Of a stretch of 34,223 nt of DNA, positions 9,928 through 18,995 are shown piece by piece; position 1 is the stretch's first letter, and each line of letters begins with the position of its first letter. The stretch lies in IMG/VR virus record IMGVR_UViG_3300037465_000255, positions 1 through 34,223 of that record; one strand, written 5' to 3'. The notes under the pieces are model-generated. The model was not told the DNA's origin. It did no database searches and worked only from the letters and a program-made list of their open reading frames with translations. A program made the position numbers and the translations under genes. This DNA is from a virus. Lineage: Duplodnaviria > Caudoviricetes.

Positions 9928-10296
9928 ATGGGCATGCTCTCGGATGGCGCGAGCTGGCTGGCGGATGCGCTCATGGAGACCGCGTCCGAGCCGGTCACCT
10001 ACACGCGCGGCGCCGCTGCGATCACGGTGGATGCGGTGATTGGCGGCCGCCGAAGACGCGAGGAACAGCAGCCGCAAGGGCGGGTGGTGCTCGTCGGCGA
10101 ACCGATGGAGTTCCAGTTCGACCCGGCGGCCCTGGTCGTCCCTGCCGGCGGATCCGCGATCACGCCGGGCCGCGGCGACCGGATCACCTGGGGCGGCCGC
10201 GTGTACGAGGTGAAGCCGCACGAGGGCGAGGATGTGCAGGGGCCGAGCGACCCGTTCGGCAACCTGATCACGGTGCAGACCGTGCGCGTGTCCTAG
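9928..10296 (+). CDS. Head-tail joining (head closure) protein
   Basis: 122 aa; VTYTRG...PGRGDRITWGGRVYEV pattern; synteny. Confidence 0.7.
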   Translation: MGMLSDGASWLADALMETASEPVTYTRGAAAITVDAVIGGRRRREEQQPQGRVVLVGEPMEFQFDPAALVVPAGGSAITPGRGDRITWGGRVYEVKPHEGEDVQGPSDPFGNLITVQTVRVS

Positions 10297-10305
10297 AGGT
10301 GAACC

Positions 10306-10776
10306 GTGGCCGATCGGCTCCTCGAAGTGGCGGACGTGGCCGTGGCGGCGATCGACGCCGCCTGGACCGGCAAGGGCGCCAACGACGCGGTGAGCCGGGC
10401 CTACGGCGTCGAAGAGACCCTGGACACGATCGTCGGCCGCCAGGTCTACGTGTTCCCGATCGGCGACGCGGAGGTCGAACGGCTCGATCGGGCCACCGTA
10501 GTGCGCGAGTACCAGCTCGCCATTATCGCGGTCGAGAAGTCGGCGGCGGCCGGCCTGCCGAGCAAAGAGTGGATGGACGAGCGGCTGCTCTTCTGCCGGC
10601 AGAAGGTGTACGACGTGCTCAACGTGGACCGGGTCACCGAGTACCTGGGCACGCCGGCCACGCTGTACACGCAGTCGATCGACCGCGACGTCGCTTACGA
10701 CTTCGACGCCTTCCGCGATCACTCGGTGTTCTGGTGCGAGATCAACGTGCGGCTGCGCGAGGCGGTCGCCGGATAA
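10306..10776 (+). CDS. Putative tail terminator protein
   Basis: 156 aa, GAGG RBS, position between head closure and tail tube genes. Confidence 0.5.
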   Translation: MADRLLEVADVAVAAIDAAWTGKGANDAVSRAYGVEETLDTIVGRQVYVFPIGDAEVERLDRATVVREYQLAIIAVEKSAAAGLPSKEWMDERLLFCRQKVYDVLNVDRVTEYLGTPATLYTQSIDRDVAYDFDAFRDHSVFWCEINVRLREAVAG

Positions 10777-10788
10777 GGGGAAATTGCG

Positions 10789-11271
10789 ATGGCCGATACG
10801 ACCGTACCACCGCCGGCGCCCAAGAGCTGGTCGCTCGCCGACATGCTCGAAGCCGTCAAGGCCAAAGCGCCCAAGATGGTCCAGGAGACCATCCAGGAGC
10901 TGCGCGCCCGCGCCCGCAATCGCGAGAAGCCCAAGCTCCCGGACGTCGACTCGCTCAAGAGCGCGCTTGGCCGCATCGTCGAGGCGATCGAGGGCAAGCC
11001 GCTGGGCAAGCAGCAGGTCGTCGTCGGCCAGTTCGCCGATGGCCGCAAGCGCTACGGCTACAAGCAGTACTACGCCAACGTCGCCGTCCGCGACGCGATC
11101 GCCGTCGGCATGTTCCTCGAATCGAAACGGGCGCACGACGAGCGCACGCGCGCGCTTTACGACGGCGCGCTCAAGGCCAAGTGGGGCGGCGACGCCGCGC
11201 CGTGGTACGTGCAGCAGCTCGTCGACGAATTGTTCCACATGCTCCAGGTGGCGCAGATGGCGGGGGCATAG
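10789..11271 (+). CDS. Hypothetical protein
   Basis: 160 aa, AAGGGG RBS, coding-like codon usage. Confidence 0.65.
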   Translation: MADTTVPPPAPKSWSLADMLEAVKAKAPKMVQETIQELRARARNREKPKLPDVDSLKSALGRIVEAIEGKPLGKQQVVVGQFADGRKRYGYKQYYANVAVRDAIAVGMFLESKRAHDERTRALYDGALKAKWGGDAAPWYVQQLVDELFHMLQVAQMAGA

Positions 11272-11300
11272 AGTTTCAAGTTCCAAGTTCCAAGTTGAAG
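11272..11300. repeat. Short heptamer tandem repeat (TTCCAAG-like, about 4 degenerate units)
   Basis: agtttcaagttccaagttccaagttgaag in an intergenic gap. Confidence 0.6.
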
Positions 11301-11322
11301 ACCGAAACTTTGCAGGTGACCC

Positions 11323-11784
11323 ATGGGACTCGGCATCGACTGCACACTCAACCGCAACACCGGCTCGTTCGCCTCGCCGACGTGGGACCTGGTGGACACG
11401 GTTTCCGACGTCGCGATCAACGGCCAATGGAACCGCGCGGAGGGGAGCACGCGGCAAAGCCCGGTCGTGATGGGCGCCAACAGCCAGCTCCCGCTGTCGA
11501 TCTCGGGGCGCATCCGCGCCGATCTGACCAACCTCGACTGGGAGGCGCTCTGGGACGCGTGGAAGGTGCAGAACACGCTGATCGATATTATGGTTTTGAC
11601 CGGCCCCAGCACCACGAACAACTCGGTCGGCGTCCGCTTCGAAGCCAACGTCGTCAACTTCGGCCAGCCGCAGGGCCTGGGCGACTACGTTTTCAACGAT
11701 CTGAGTTTCGAGCCCACGGTTTCCTCGAACCTGCCCGACTCGGTCGAGGTCGCGACCGGCGCGCCGGTGTTCACCGACTTTTGA
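11323..11784 (+). CDS. Major tail (tube) protein
   Basis: 153 aa beta-rich acidic protein, NTGSFASPTW start; upstream of chaperones and tape measure. Confidence 0.7.
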   Translation: MGLGIDCTLNRNTGSFASPTWDLVDTVSDVAINGQWNRAEGSTRQSPVVMGANSQLPLSISGRIRADLTNLDWEALWDAWKVQNTLIDIMVLTGPSTTNNSVGVRFEANVVNFGQPQGLGDYVFNDLSFEPTVSSNLPDSVEVATGAPVFTDF

Positions 11785-11808
11785 TGCCGCTTGCGGCGTA
11801 GCGAACAT

Positions 11809-12264
11809 ATGCCCGGCGTCGAGCAATTCAAAGCGACCTTCTTCGACTCGCCCAAGGTCCTGCGGGCGGTCGATCGAGCCATGCGCCGGCAGCTCAGCAA
11901 GTTCGGCGCGTTCGTGCGCCGGCGGCAAAAGAGCTCGATCCGCAAGCGCAAACGGGTCAGCGCCCCGGGCAGCCCGCCCAGCTCGCACTCCGGCTTGCTC
12001 AGGCAATTCATCTTCTTCGGCTACGAGCACGAGAAGAAAGCGGTGGTGAGCGGGCCGGCATTGCTCAACGGTCGGCGTAGCGGCGGCGTCGTCCCGGCCA
12101 GCGGCACGATCCCCGAGCTACTCGAGTACGGCGGCGCCGCCCGCATCATCCGGCCGCGCCGCCCGGCCCGAAGCGTCTACTACCGGCCGCGGCCGTCCGC
12201 CCGTCCCGCCCGCGACGCCGAGCTGCCCAAGTTCCTCGCCTCCCTCAAGGACTCCGTGAGGTGA
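11809..12264 (+). CDS. Basic tail completion / virion morphogenesis protein
   Basis: FFDSPKV...SAPGSPPSSHSGLLR...LLEYGG...RPRP pattern typical of neck/tail completion proteins. Confidence 0.6.
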   Translation: MPGVEQFKATFFDSPKVLRAVDRAMRRQLSKFGAFVRRRQKSSIRKRKRVSAPGSPPSSHSGLLRQFIFFGYEHEKKAVVSGPALLNGRRSGGVVPASGTIPELLEYGGAARIIRPRRPARSVYYRPRPSARPARDAELPKFLASLKDSVR

Positions 12265-12266
12265 CC

Positions 12267-12746
12267 ATGGCAAGTTTCACCGACGCCGAGGGCCGCACCT
12301 GGTCGCTCGACCTCGACCTGACTACGGCCGACGAGGTCAAGCGCGAAAAGGGCATCGACCTCATCGACCCGGAGGCCATGAGCGCGACCTTCGTCAAGCT
12401 CGCCTCCGGCTCGACTCGGCTGCTGGTCGAGGTCCTGTGGATGCTCGTCCACCCGCAGGCCGACAAGGCCGGGGTCAGCCCCGAGGAGTTTGGCCGGGCG
12501 CTGAAGGCCCAGGCCATTCGCGACGCCTACGCAGCGCTCAAGGATGCGATCGCGGATTTTTTCCTGAACCCCGACGCCGGGGCGGCCATGCGTCGGACTT
12601 GGCAGGCCGCGGAGAAAGTGGCGGCAGCGCGGCTGGAGGAATTCACGGAGGCGAAGATCGAGAGCCTCTTACTGGCGAAGCTGTCCGAAAGCACTGCTGG
12701 GAAGCCGCCGGAGTCACCGGCCTCAACCCATTCGCCCGCGGCATGA
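12267..12746 (+). CDS. Tail assembly chaperone (G-like)
   Basis: FTDAEGRTW start; two genes before tape measure. Confidence 0.7.
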   Translation: MASFTDAEGRTWSLDLDLTTADEVKREKGIDLIDPEAMSATFVKLASGSTRLLVEVLWMLVHPQADKAGVSPEEFGRALKAQAIRDAYAALKDAIADFFLNPDAGAAMRRTWQAAEKVAAARLEEFTEAKIESLLLAKLSESTAGKPPESPASTHSPAA

Positions 12747-12991
12747 CCTGGCGGCGGCTCGACTGGGCCCAGCTCGCCAGACGCCGCGACGAGTGGGAAC
12801 GCTTCGCCAACCTGATGAGCTTCGTGGCGTGGAGCGGTTTTTCGGGCAAGTGGATCGATCCGAACACGATTAACCCGCTCTACGAAGCGCCGCCGGAGTC
12901 GGCCGAGGCCAGGAAGGTCCGCACCACGATGGGCTTCGACACGCTCGAAGCGGGCTTGCGCTTGATGGTCGATCGGCAAATGGGGCTCTGA
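12743..12991 (+). CDS. Tail assembly chaperone C-terminal ORF (T-like), possibly frameshift-expressed
   Basis: Lies in the -1 frame of the upstream chaperone, open from 12437, immediately before tape measure. Confidence 0.6.
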   Translation: MTWRRLDWAQLARRRDEWERFANLMSFVAWSGFSGKWIDPNTINPLYEAPPESAEARKVRTTMGFDTLEAGLRLMVDRQMGL

Positions 12992-12992
12992 T

Positions 12993-14978
12993 ATGGCAGT
13001 CGGCGGCGGCAGCGGCGGCGCGGCGGGCAGCATCCGCGCTGGGCGTGCGCACGTCGAGATGACCGCCAAGGACGCCGGACTGACCAAATCCTTGGACGGC
13101 ATCCAACGGCGCATGAAGTCGGTCGCTTCAACCATCGCCAAGCTCGGCGCCGGCTTCCTGGCTCTCGGCGGAACGGTCCTTGGATCTCTGACCGCCGCCT
13201 TCAAGGGCGCGATCAACCACTTCGACATGTTCCAGAAGGCTTCGCGGCGATTGGGGGCGTCGACGGAAACTTTGTCCGCCCTCGGCTATGCCGCGCAGAT
13301 TTCCGGCAGCAACTTCGAGGAGATGGAAAAGTCGATAAAGAAGATGCAGCAAGGCTTGGCCGATGCCGAGGAGGGCACTGGCGCCGCCGCGGAGGCGTTC
13401 GCCGCGCTCGGCCTGGACGCCAAAAAGCTGATCGACCTGCCGCTCGAAGAGCAGATGGGCGCCATCTCGGACGCGCTGGCCGCGATCGAGAACACGACGA
13501 AAAAAGCCGCCATGGCGATGGAGATTTTCGGCGCGCGCGGCGGCACGCGTCTTTCGACCATGCTCGCCGGCGGGAGCGAAGGCATTCGCAAATTGATGCA
13601 GGAGGCCGAGCGCGTCGGCTCCGTCGTCGGCGGCGAGGAGGCTCTCCGCGCCGAGCGGGCCGGCGACGCCATCACTCGCGCCTGGCTCGCCGTCAAGAAC
13701 ACTTTCTTTCAGGTCGGCGCCGCCATCCTGCCGCAAATCGAGACGATCGAAAAGCTCAGCTTCGCGATCGTCGACGGCGTCAAGGTCGTGCGCGATTGGA
13801 TCAAGGACAACCAGAAGCTCGTGCTGGTCGTCGCCGCCGTGGCCGCCGGCGTCATGGCCGCCGGGGCGGCCCTGGTCGGGATCGGCGTGAGTGTGGCGGC
13901 CGCGGCCGTCGCTCTGGGCGGCCTCGTGACCGCGGCGTCGGCGGTCGGCTCCGTGCTTGCCGCTGTCTTTTCTGGACCGGGGGCGATCGTCATTGGGGTG
14001 GTGGCCGCGGTGGCCGCACTGTGGGGCGTAATCCTCCGCCTCCAATACGAGTTCCTCACAACCACGAAGACAGGCAAGGCGCTCGGCGACACCTTCAAAT
14101 CGATGTTCGCCGGCCTCGGCGACACGCTCGGATTGCTGAAGGACGCGCTCGTCGCCGGCGAATTCAGCCTGGCGTGGGAACTGGCTGTAGCCCAGCTCAG
14201 AGTGATCTGGGAAGAGTTCCTGGTCGGGGCACAGCAGGTTTGGCAGGAGTTCGTCGACGAGTTTGTGCCGGACGAGATCGTCGGCGTCTGGGAGGTGATC
14301 CGCCACGAAGTCGAAAAACACTGGGAGATCCTCAAGACCGGTTGGAAGTTGTTCGCCGAGTTCGTGACCAAGGTCTGGCATGCGGCCGTCGATTGGATCG
14401 GCCGCCAGTGGGACAAACTGGTGCAAAAAATCAAAGAGGTGATCGAGTGGGCCAAGCGGAACAAAGACGCCTTGATCGCGGCGGCGCCAGGCGCGGCATT
14501 GGCCGCCGGCGCGATTGGCCTGGGGATGGAGGAGGGCAAGGACATCGCCGGCAAAGTGGGTGACGAGCTCGAGGACATAGCCGAAGGCCTGAGGGCGATC
14601 GGCGCCGCGTCCAAACAGGCGTCGCGTGAAACGCCGATCGACACAAAAAAACTCGACGCAGCGAAGGCCCGGCTCGAAGAGCTGAAAAACCGCGTGCGCG
14701 GGCTGAAGAAAGAACAAAAAGAGGGCACCAACTGGGCGCTCGATCAGGGGATCATGTTGGGCCTGATCGCCATGCGCGCGACAAAGGCGGCCATGGCCGA
14801 CCGTCCCGGCGCGGCCGGCCAGCTCCCCGCCGCGGCCAGCGGCTCATTCTCCACCTTCCACGCCCAGCAGGCGCTCGGCTACGGCGGCATACCCGACAAG
14901 ATCGAGAAAAACACCCGCCGCACCGCGGATGGCATCGACGAGCTCAAGGACAAGATGCAGCAACTGGAGTTCGAGTAA
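12993..14978 (+). CDS. Tail tape measure protein
   Basis: 661 aa Ala/Gly-rich helical protein, IRAGRAHVE start, hydrophobic central segment, periodic Trp region. Confidence 0.9.
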   Translation: MAVGGGSGGAAGSIRAGRAHVEMTAKDAGLTKSLDGIQRRMKSVASTIAKLGAGFLALGGTVLGSLTAAFKGAINHFDMFQKASRRLGASTETLSALGYAAQISGSNFEEMEKSIKKMQQGLADAEEGTGAAAEAFAALGLDAKKLIDLPLEEQMGAISDALAAIENTTKKAAMAMEIFGARGGTRLSTMLAGGSEGIRKLMQEAERVGSVVGGEEALRAERAGDAITRAWLAVKNTFFQVGAAILPQIETIEKLSFAIVDGVKVVRDWIKDNQKLVLVVAAVAAGVMAAGAALVGIGVSVAAAAVALGGLVTAASAVGSVLAAVFSGPGAIVIGVVAAVAALWGVILRLQYEFLTTTKTGKALGDTFKSMFAGLGDTLGLLKDALVAGEFSLAWELAVAQLRVIWEEFLVGAQQVWQEFVDEFVPDEIVGVWEVIRHEVEKHWEILKTGWKLFAEFVTKVWHAAVDWIGRQWDKLVQKIKEVIEWAKRNKDALIAAAPGAALAAGAIGLGMEEGKDIAGKVGDELEDIAEGLRAIGAASKQASRETPIDTKKLDAAKARLEELKNRVRGLKKEQKEGTNWALDQGIMLGLIAMRATKAAMADRPGAAGQLPAAASGSFSTFHAQQALGYGGIPDKIEKNTRRTADGIDELKDKMQQLEFE

Positions 14979-15868
14979 TGCCCGGACAGATCTTCGAGCT
15001 GCAGAACTCGCGCGAGTTCTCCTCCGGCCCGGACGGAATGGAGTTCACTTTCCGCTACCTGGTCACCGGCACGAACGACGACGCCGAGATTTACAACCTG
15101 GCCGCCGCCGCCGCCCCGGCAACCTATCGCACCGTGCCGCGCGGCCAGAGTAAGGTGTCGAACGCCGGCCACCAGACCTGGCGCGTCGAGGTGCCGTACA
15201 ACTACAAGGTCAAGGAGCAGGCCGCCGGCGAGATCGGCACGCCGCCGCCGGGCAGCGAGGACAAGCTGCCGCAGGGCGCGCCGGCCTCGACGCCGCTCGG
15301 CCGCGAATACTCGTTCTCCACCGGCGGCGGCACTGTGCGCGTGTATCACGCCGTGGCGCACATCTCCGACCACATGCGCCTGCAGGACGCCGGCGGCAAC
15401 ACCGTCAACCACAAAGGCGCGATCAACGTCACCAAGGACGGCACCGAGGGCGTGGACATCATCGCGCCCAACTGCGAGTTCACCGTCTCGAAGCGCTTGC
15501 AGGTTCTCTCCTGGGGCTATTTCAAAACGTTGCTCGGCATGACCGCGAAGACGAACAAGCGGGCCATCGGCCCGTTCAAGGAAGAGGAAGTGCTCTTGCT
15601 CGGCGCGGACGGCCAGTACAAGGAGGGCGATCAGGCGCCCTGGCACCTGTCGTGCCGCTTCGGGTTCATTGAGACGAACGCCAAGCAGATCAATATCGGC
15701 GACATCCAGATCCAGCCGGGCGCCAAGAAGGGCTGGCACTATCTCTGGGTCGAGTTCGTGGACGCCTGGAACGTGGCGCTCGAGGCCGTGCAGCGCGTGC
15801 CCTACGCCGCGCACATCGAGCGCGTGTACGACATGGACGACATGGAGCAGTTGGGCATGCTGACATGA
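14978..15868 (+). CDS. Tail tip / distal tail protein (putative)
   Basis: 296 aa coupled to tape measure (TAATG); KKGWHYLWV motif. Confidence 0.6.
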   Translation: MPGQIFELQNSREFSSGPDGMEFTFRYLVTGTNDDAEIYNLAAAAAPATYRTVPRGQSKVSNAGHQTWRVEVPYNYKVKEQAAGEIGTPPPGSEDKLPQGAPASTPLGREYSFSTGGGTVRVYHAVAHISDHMRLQDAGGNTVNHKGAINVTKDGTEGVDIIAPNCEFTVSKRLQVLSWGYFKTLLGMTAKTNKRAIGPFKEEEVLLLGADGQYKEGDQAPWHLSCRFGFIETNAKQINIGDIQIQPGAKKGWHYLWVEFVDAWNVALEAVQRVPYAAHIERVYDMDDMEQLGMLT

Positions 15869-16065
15869 GCGACATCCGCATCCTGGTTAACCCGCCCGAT
15901 CGGCCGCCCTACGTCGTCGCGCTGCCGGCCGGGCCGGAAGCGGACGATCGCGACCTGGCCGAGTTGCTCGGCCTGGCCGGCGGCGAGAGCGTCGTACTGC
16001 TGCCGCGCCTGCCCGCAGCGCCGTCGCGGACAGTCACGATCGGCGACTTGGAGGAGACCGCATGA
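15865..16065 (+). CDS. Hypothetical protein
   Basis: 66 aa with ATGA overlaps on both ends. Confidence 0.55.
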   Translation: MSDIRILVNPPDRPPYVVALPAGPEADDRDLAELLGLAGGESVVLLPRLPAAPSRTVTIGDLEETA

Positions 16066-17066
16066 GCCGCCTTCAGCGCGTGAAGCCCGGCGACCCCTTG
16101 CGCATCCACGCCGACACGATGAACGGCCTCTTGGACCTGCTCCAGCCGAATCTCGGCGCCGGCGCTGCTGCGCCCACGTTCGGCTACCCGATCGACATCC
16201 GGGTACGGAACACTCTCACGCACTCGCTCGGCCGCTTCTCTGCGGCGCGCATCATCGGGCCGGCGTTCACCCTGGGCGACAGCACTGGTAGCATTGGCCC
16301 GCACGGCACCCAAGTCCATTTCGGCAAACTGGTGAGCCATCCCTTCACTTTCGACGTCGGCCTCCCGGAGAACGCGACCGATCCGGTTTGCGTCCTGCAG
16401 CGCACGATCGAACCGGACGGCGTGGGCCCCGCGCGCGTGCTCGGCGTGACGCCCTGCTACCTCGACGCCGCCGACACCAATAGCCCGATGGAAAGCGACG
16501 GGGACACGCCGACGGCACACGCGTACGTGCAGCCGCGCACCGACGGCTTTTTGTTCGGCAACGCGAGTCCGTTCAAGATCACTGCGGCTGGGCCGGGGCG
16601 AATTCTGTGGAAGCGGCCGAACTGGGCCGGCGGCGCGCTCGCGTTCATCGTCCTCACCCAGCATCAGCCGGCGCTGCGGCGGATCAACACCTCGACTGGC
16701 TCGGCGACGCTCGACACCACGAGCGGCCAGTACACCTTTTACGATTTGCAGGACCAGGACCCGGGCACCTACCTGGTGCTCGGCAAAGTGACTTACACGC
16801 TGCAGGACACGGTCCCGGTGGAGTGCCTGACGACGATGGTCGTGCCGCTGATCGGCAGCGGCGAGCTGGCGAAAGACCGCGTCGAATCGCCGTCGATGGG
16901 GGCGATCGTGACACACAGCCTCGCTGCCTACGTGCAGACAACGACGATCGACGCCGACATCACCATCCGCGCGCAGGCGGCGCAAAACCCGGTGCCGGTG
17001 CCGCCGGTCATCACCGGGGACGTCAGTTGGTCCGTTGCCGTGTTTTTGCTGTCGCGCTGGGAGTGA
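16062..17066 (+). CDS. Putative tail protein
   Basis: 334 aa, GGAGGAG RBS, VKPGDPLRIHADTMN start, beta-rich C-terminus. Confidence 0.55.
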   Translation: MSRLQRVKPGDPLRIHADTMNGLLDLLQPNLGAGAAAPTFGYPIDIRVRNTLTHSLGRFSAARIIGPAFTLGDSTGSIGPHGTQVHFGKLVSHPFTFDVGLPENATDPVCVLQRTIEPDGVGPARVLGVTPCYLDAADTNSPMESDGDTPTAHAYVQPRTDGFLFGNASPFKITAAGPGRILWKRPNWAGGALAFIVLTQHQPALRRINTSTGSATLDTTSGQYTFYDLQDQDPGTYLVLGKVTYTLQDTVPVECLTTMVVPLIGSGELAKDRVESPSMGAIVTHSLAAYVQTTTIDADITIRAQAAQNPVPVPPVITGDVSWSVAVFLLSRWE

Positions 17067-17172
17067 TTTCCGTCAAATAGAGGGGACGCTGAACTCGCAT
17101 CCAGCGTCCCCCCGGCACACCCGGTTCAGGTCTGGCCAACGCCCAGTTTACCGCCCCCAGTTGGTCCCGGGA

Positions 17173-17382
17173 ATGCCAACTCGCAAGCCCGATCCCGCAT
17201 CGATCAAGGATGAGCCCGCGCCAATGCCGCCCACGGGCATTGCCTGCCCGAAGTGCGGCGGCATCGCCCTGCCGAGCTGGTCCACGCGCCGGCGGAAACG
17301 CGGCCTGGTCCGGGTGCGGCGGTGCAAGTCGTGCAACCACAAGGTCCGCACCGTCGAGTCGATCGAGAGCGCCAACGGCTGA
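17173..17382 (+). CDS. Small Zn-ribbon protein (Ogr/Delta- or NrdR-N-like; possible late regulator)
   Basis: CPKCG...RVRRCKSCNHKVRTVE; alternative start 17224. Confidence 0.7.
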   Translation: MPTRKPDPASIKDEPAPMPPTGIACPKCGGIALPSWSTRRRKRGLVRVRRCKSCNHKVRTVESIESANG

Positions 17383-17390
17383 GCGGCAAG

Positions 17391-17411
17391 TTCGTCCAGG
17401 CCCTGGACGAA
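17391..17411. promoter_or_regulatory. 21-bp perfect palindrome, copy 2
   Basis: Identical to 3230-3250, just after the Zn-ribbon stop codon. Confidence 0.6.
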
Positions 17412-17512
17412 CCTGCACCAATCCGCGCGCCCGAGCGCTCGCCATCGCGCAGCGCGCGGGTGTAATGCCAGTGGTGAGGCTCGCGTGCCCGCACGATGTG
17501 CGGGCGATGACT

Positions 17513-17594
17513 CGCTGCCGGCGGTCGCCCATGGGCCGCCGGCCGTCTCCCGATGATGCGGCGCCGCCGTGTGGAAACCCTACCCCGAGGACCT
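17513..17594 (+). repeat. 82-bp exact inverted repeat, left copy (partner 17993-18074)
   Basis: Base-by-base reverse-complement match. Confidence 0.95.
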
Positions 17595-17703
17595 GCTCTA
17601 CGAGATCCGCGCCCTGACCGGCCGTCGGGCCGCGCTCGTGGATGCGCTCGCCTGGGCGCTGATCTACGCGGGGCTGGTCGCTGCCGGACTCTTCGCCGGG
17701 TAA
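17569..17703 (+). CDS. Small membrane protein (44 aa)
   Basis: GTG start, WKPYPEDLLYEIRAL...ALAWALIYAGLVAAGLFAG; stop overlaps AAGGAGG RBS of next gene; below ORF track cutoff. Confidence 0.5.
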   Translation: MWKPYPEDLLYEIRALTGRRAALVDALAWALIYAGLVAAGLFAG

Positions 17704-17733
17704 GGAGGCTGTCGTGATTCGCGCGTACGTGTT

Positions 17734-17839
17734 CCTGGCCGCCCTCGTCCTCGCCGTCGAACTCGGCGCTGCCCCAGCGCCCAAGAAGGCGGCGGACGTG
17801 CTCGCCGGCGAGCTCGACCTGACCGGCCCAAGACTCGAA
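17734..17839 (+). repeat. 106-bp exact inverted copy of the window end (34118-34223)
   Basis: Base-by-base reverse-complement match running to the last base of the window. Confidence 0.95.
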
Positions 17840-17992
17840 CCCGGCGACGCTTTGGTCTGGAACCTCGATCCCGACCGCCAGCCGGCGGAAAACGTGCTGC
17901 ACTGGTTCCGCCCCGATGCGCCCGGCCAGCTCCGCGGCGTAACGCCGCTGGCGCCCGCGCTCGACATCTTCGCCCAGCTCCGCCGTATCACG
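17840..17992 (+). repeat. 153-bp exact direct copy of portal gene segment 4165-4317
   Basis: Identical DNA; same peptide PGDALVWNLDP...QLRRITR in ORF track. Confidence 0.97.
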
Positions 17993-18074
17993 AGGTCCTC
18001 GGGGTAGGGTTTCCACACGGCGGCGCCGCATCATCGGGAGACGGCCGGCGGCCCATGGGCGACCGCCGGCAGCG
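17993..18074 (-). repeat. 82-bp exact inverted repeat, right copy (partner 17513-17594)
   Basis: Base-by-base reverse-complement match. Confidence 0.95.
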
Positions 18075-18269
18075 CCGCTCGATCGACGCCGAACGCGGCC
18101 CAGAACGCCTTCTCGCCGGCGTTGATGTCGCTCCTCATGTAATGGCTGCCCCAGAACTGCGCCATCCTCGCTGCGATCAGCTCGGCGAGCAGCCCGAAGA
18201 GTTCGCCGCCGCCGTCGCTCAGGGACGCGAGATCGCGGGCCCGACTGCCGGCTAAGCCGAAGCAAATCC

Positions 18270-18467
18270 CTAGTCGAGTTTTCTGACCTCGCTCATCGGC
18301 ACGACCTCCTTTCGGCCGCCCTGGAACGCCAGGCGCACCCGCTCGGGCTCGGAATCGCGAGCGGGCAGCACCGCCTTGACCCGACCGACCAGGCCGGCGC
18401 AGTCGGTCGAGCCGGGCAGGACCTCGACGTAGTCGCCGAGGGTGGGCTTGTTCGTGGTGGTTTGCAT
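18270..18467 (-). CDS. Small KOW/SH3-like protein
   Basis: 65 aa, GDYVEVLPG...GLVGRVKAV pattern; GAAGGG RBS. Confidence 0.55.
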   Translation of the reverse strand: MQTTTNKPTLGDYVEVLPGSTDCAGLVGRVKAVLPARDSEPERVRLAFQGGRKEVVPMSEVRKLD

Positions 18468-18656
18468 CGCATCGCCCTTCACGAATAGAGTTCCTCGAGG
18501 ATTGTCCGTTTCGAGGGTGGCAGCCGACGCAGCGAGAGTTTCGTTCCCGAACCGCGTACAGACATCAGGGGCCAAATGTCAGCGTGTTTGGTCCGCGCGT
18601 GGATCGCTACCCGGATGTCTGCATGCCGCTCGGCAATCGCGAGGGGTTCGGTCATT

Positions 18657-18995
18657 TCAGCTCTCATGTGCTCGGCAGCGCTCGAGCGCCGCTCGATGCC
18701 GATTCACCATGCGGCCGAAGTCGGCGCGGGCTTGCTGCTCTGGCGCGAGGCGGTGCCAGTCGCGGATGGCGCGGCGGCGGGCCTCGCGTTCGAGCGGCGC
18801 GTCGATGTCGAGGTCGGCGATGGTTTCGATGGACGCCGCGGCCTGGGCGGCGATGTCCGCGGGCGTCGGGCCGAGCTCGGGGTTCGGGTCCGGCTCGGCG
18901 CGGCCGAGAATCTTGCACAGGCAATAGAGCAGGAACGCCGTGGCCGCGACGCCGGCGGCCGCGGACAGGACCTGGGCCTGGATCAGCGATTGCAT
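18657..18995 (-). CDS. Hypothetical membrane-anchored protein
   Basis: GGAGG RBS, MQSLIQ start, N-terminal hydrophobic helix. Confidence 0.55.
   Translation of the reverse strand: MQSLIQAQVLSAAAGVAATAFLLYCLCKILGRAEPDPNPELGPTPADIAAQAAASIETIADLDIDAPLEREARRRAIRDWHRLAPEQQARADFGRMVNRHRAALERCRAHES

Larger units (their letters stand above)
17714..18007 (+). pseudogene. Chimeric ORF: N-terminus of the secreted protein encoded at 33926-34223 fused in frame to a portal fragment
   Basis: 17734-17839 equals revcomp of 34118-34223; 17840-17992 equals 4165-4317. Confidence 0.8.

Noticed and set aside
913-17000. Long antisense or alternate-frame ORFs (913-3264, 5015-6907, 8925-11801, 9634-12030, 13128-14717)
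   Set aside because: Shadow ORFs of high-GC coding DNA; Arg/Gly-rich with no motifs, overlapping well-supported genes
17840-17992. Portal copy as a DGR template/variable repeat pair
   Set aside because: Copies are identical with no adenine-specific differences, and no reverse transcriptase is present
17513-18074. 82-bp inverted repeats as IS/MITE ends or invertase sites
   Set aside because: No transposase or serine invertase, no target-site duplication; the repeat overlaps coding sequence and abuts other copied fragments
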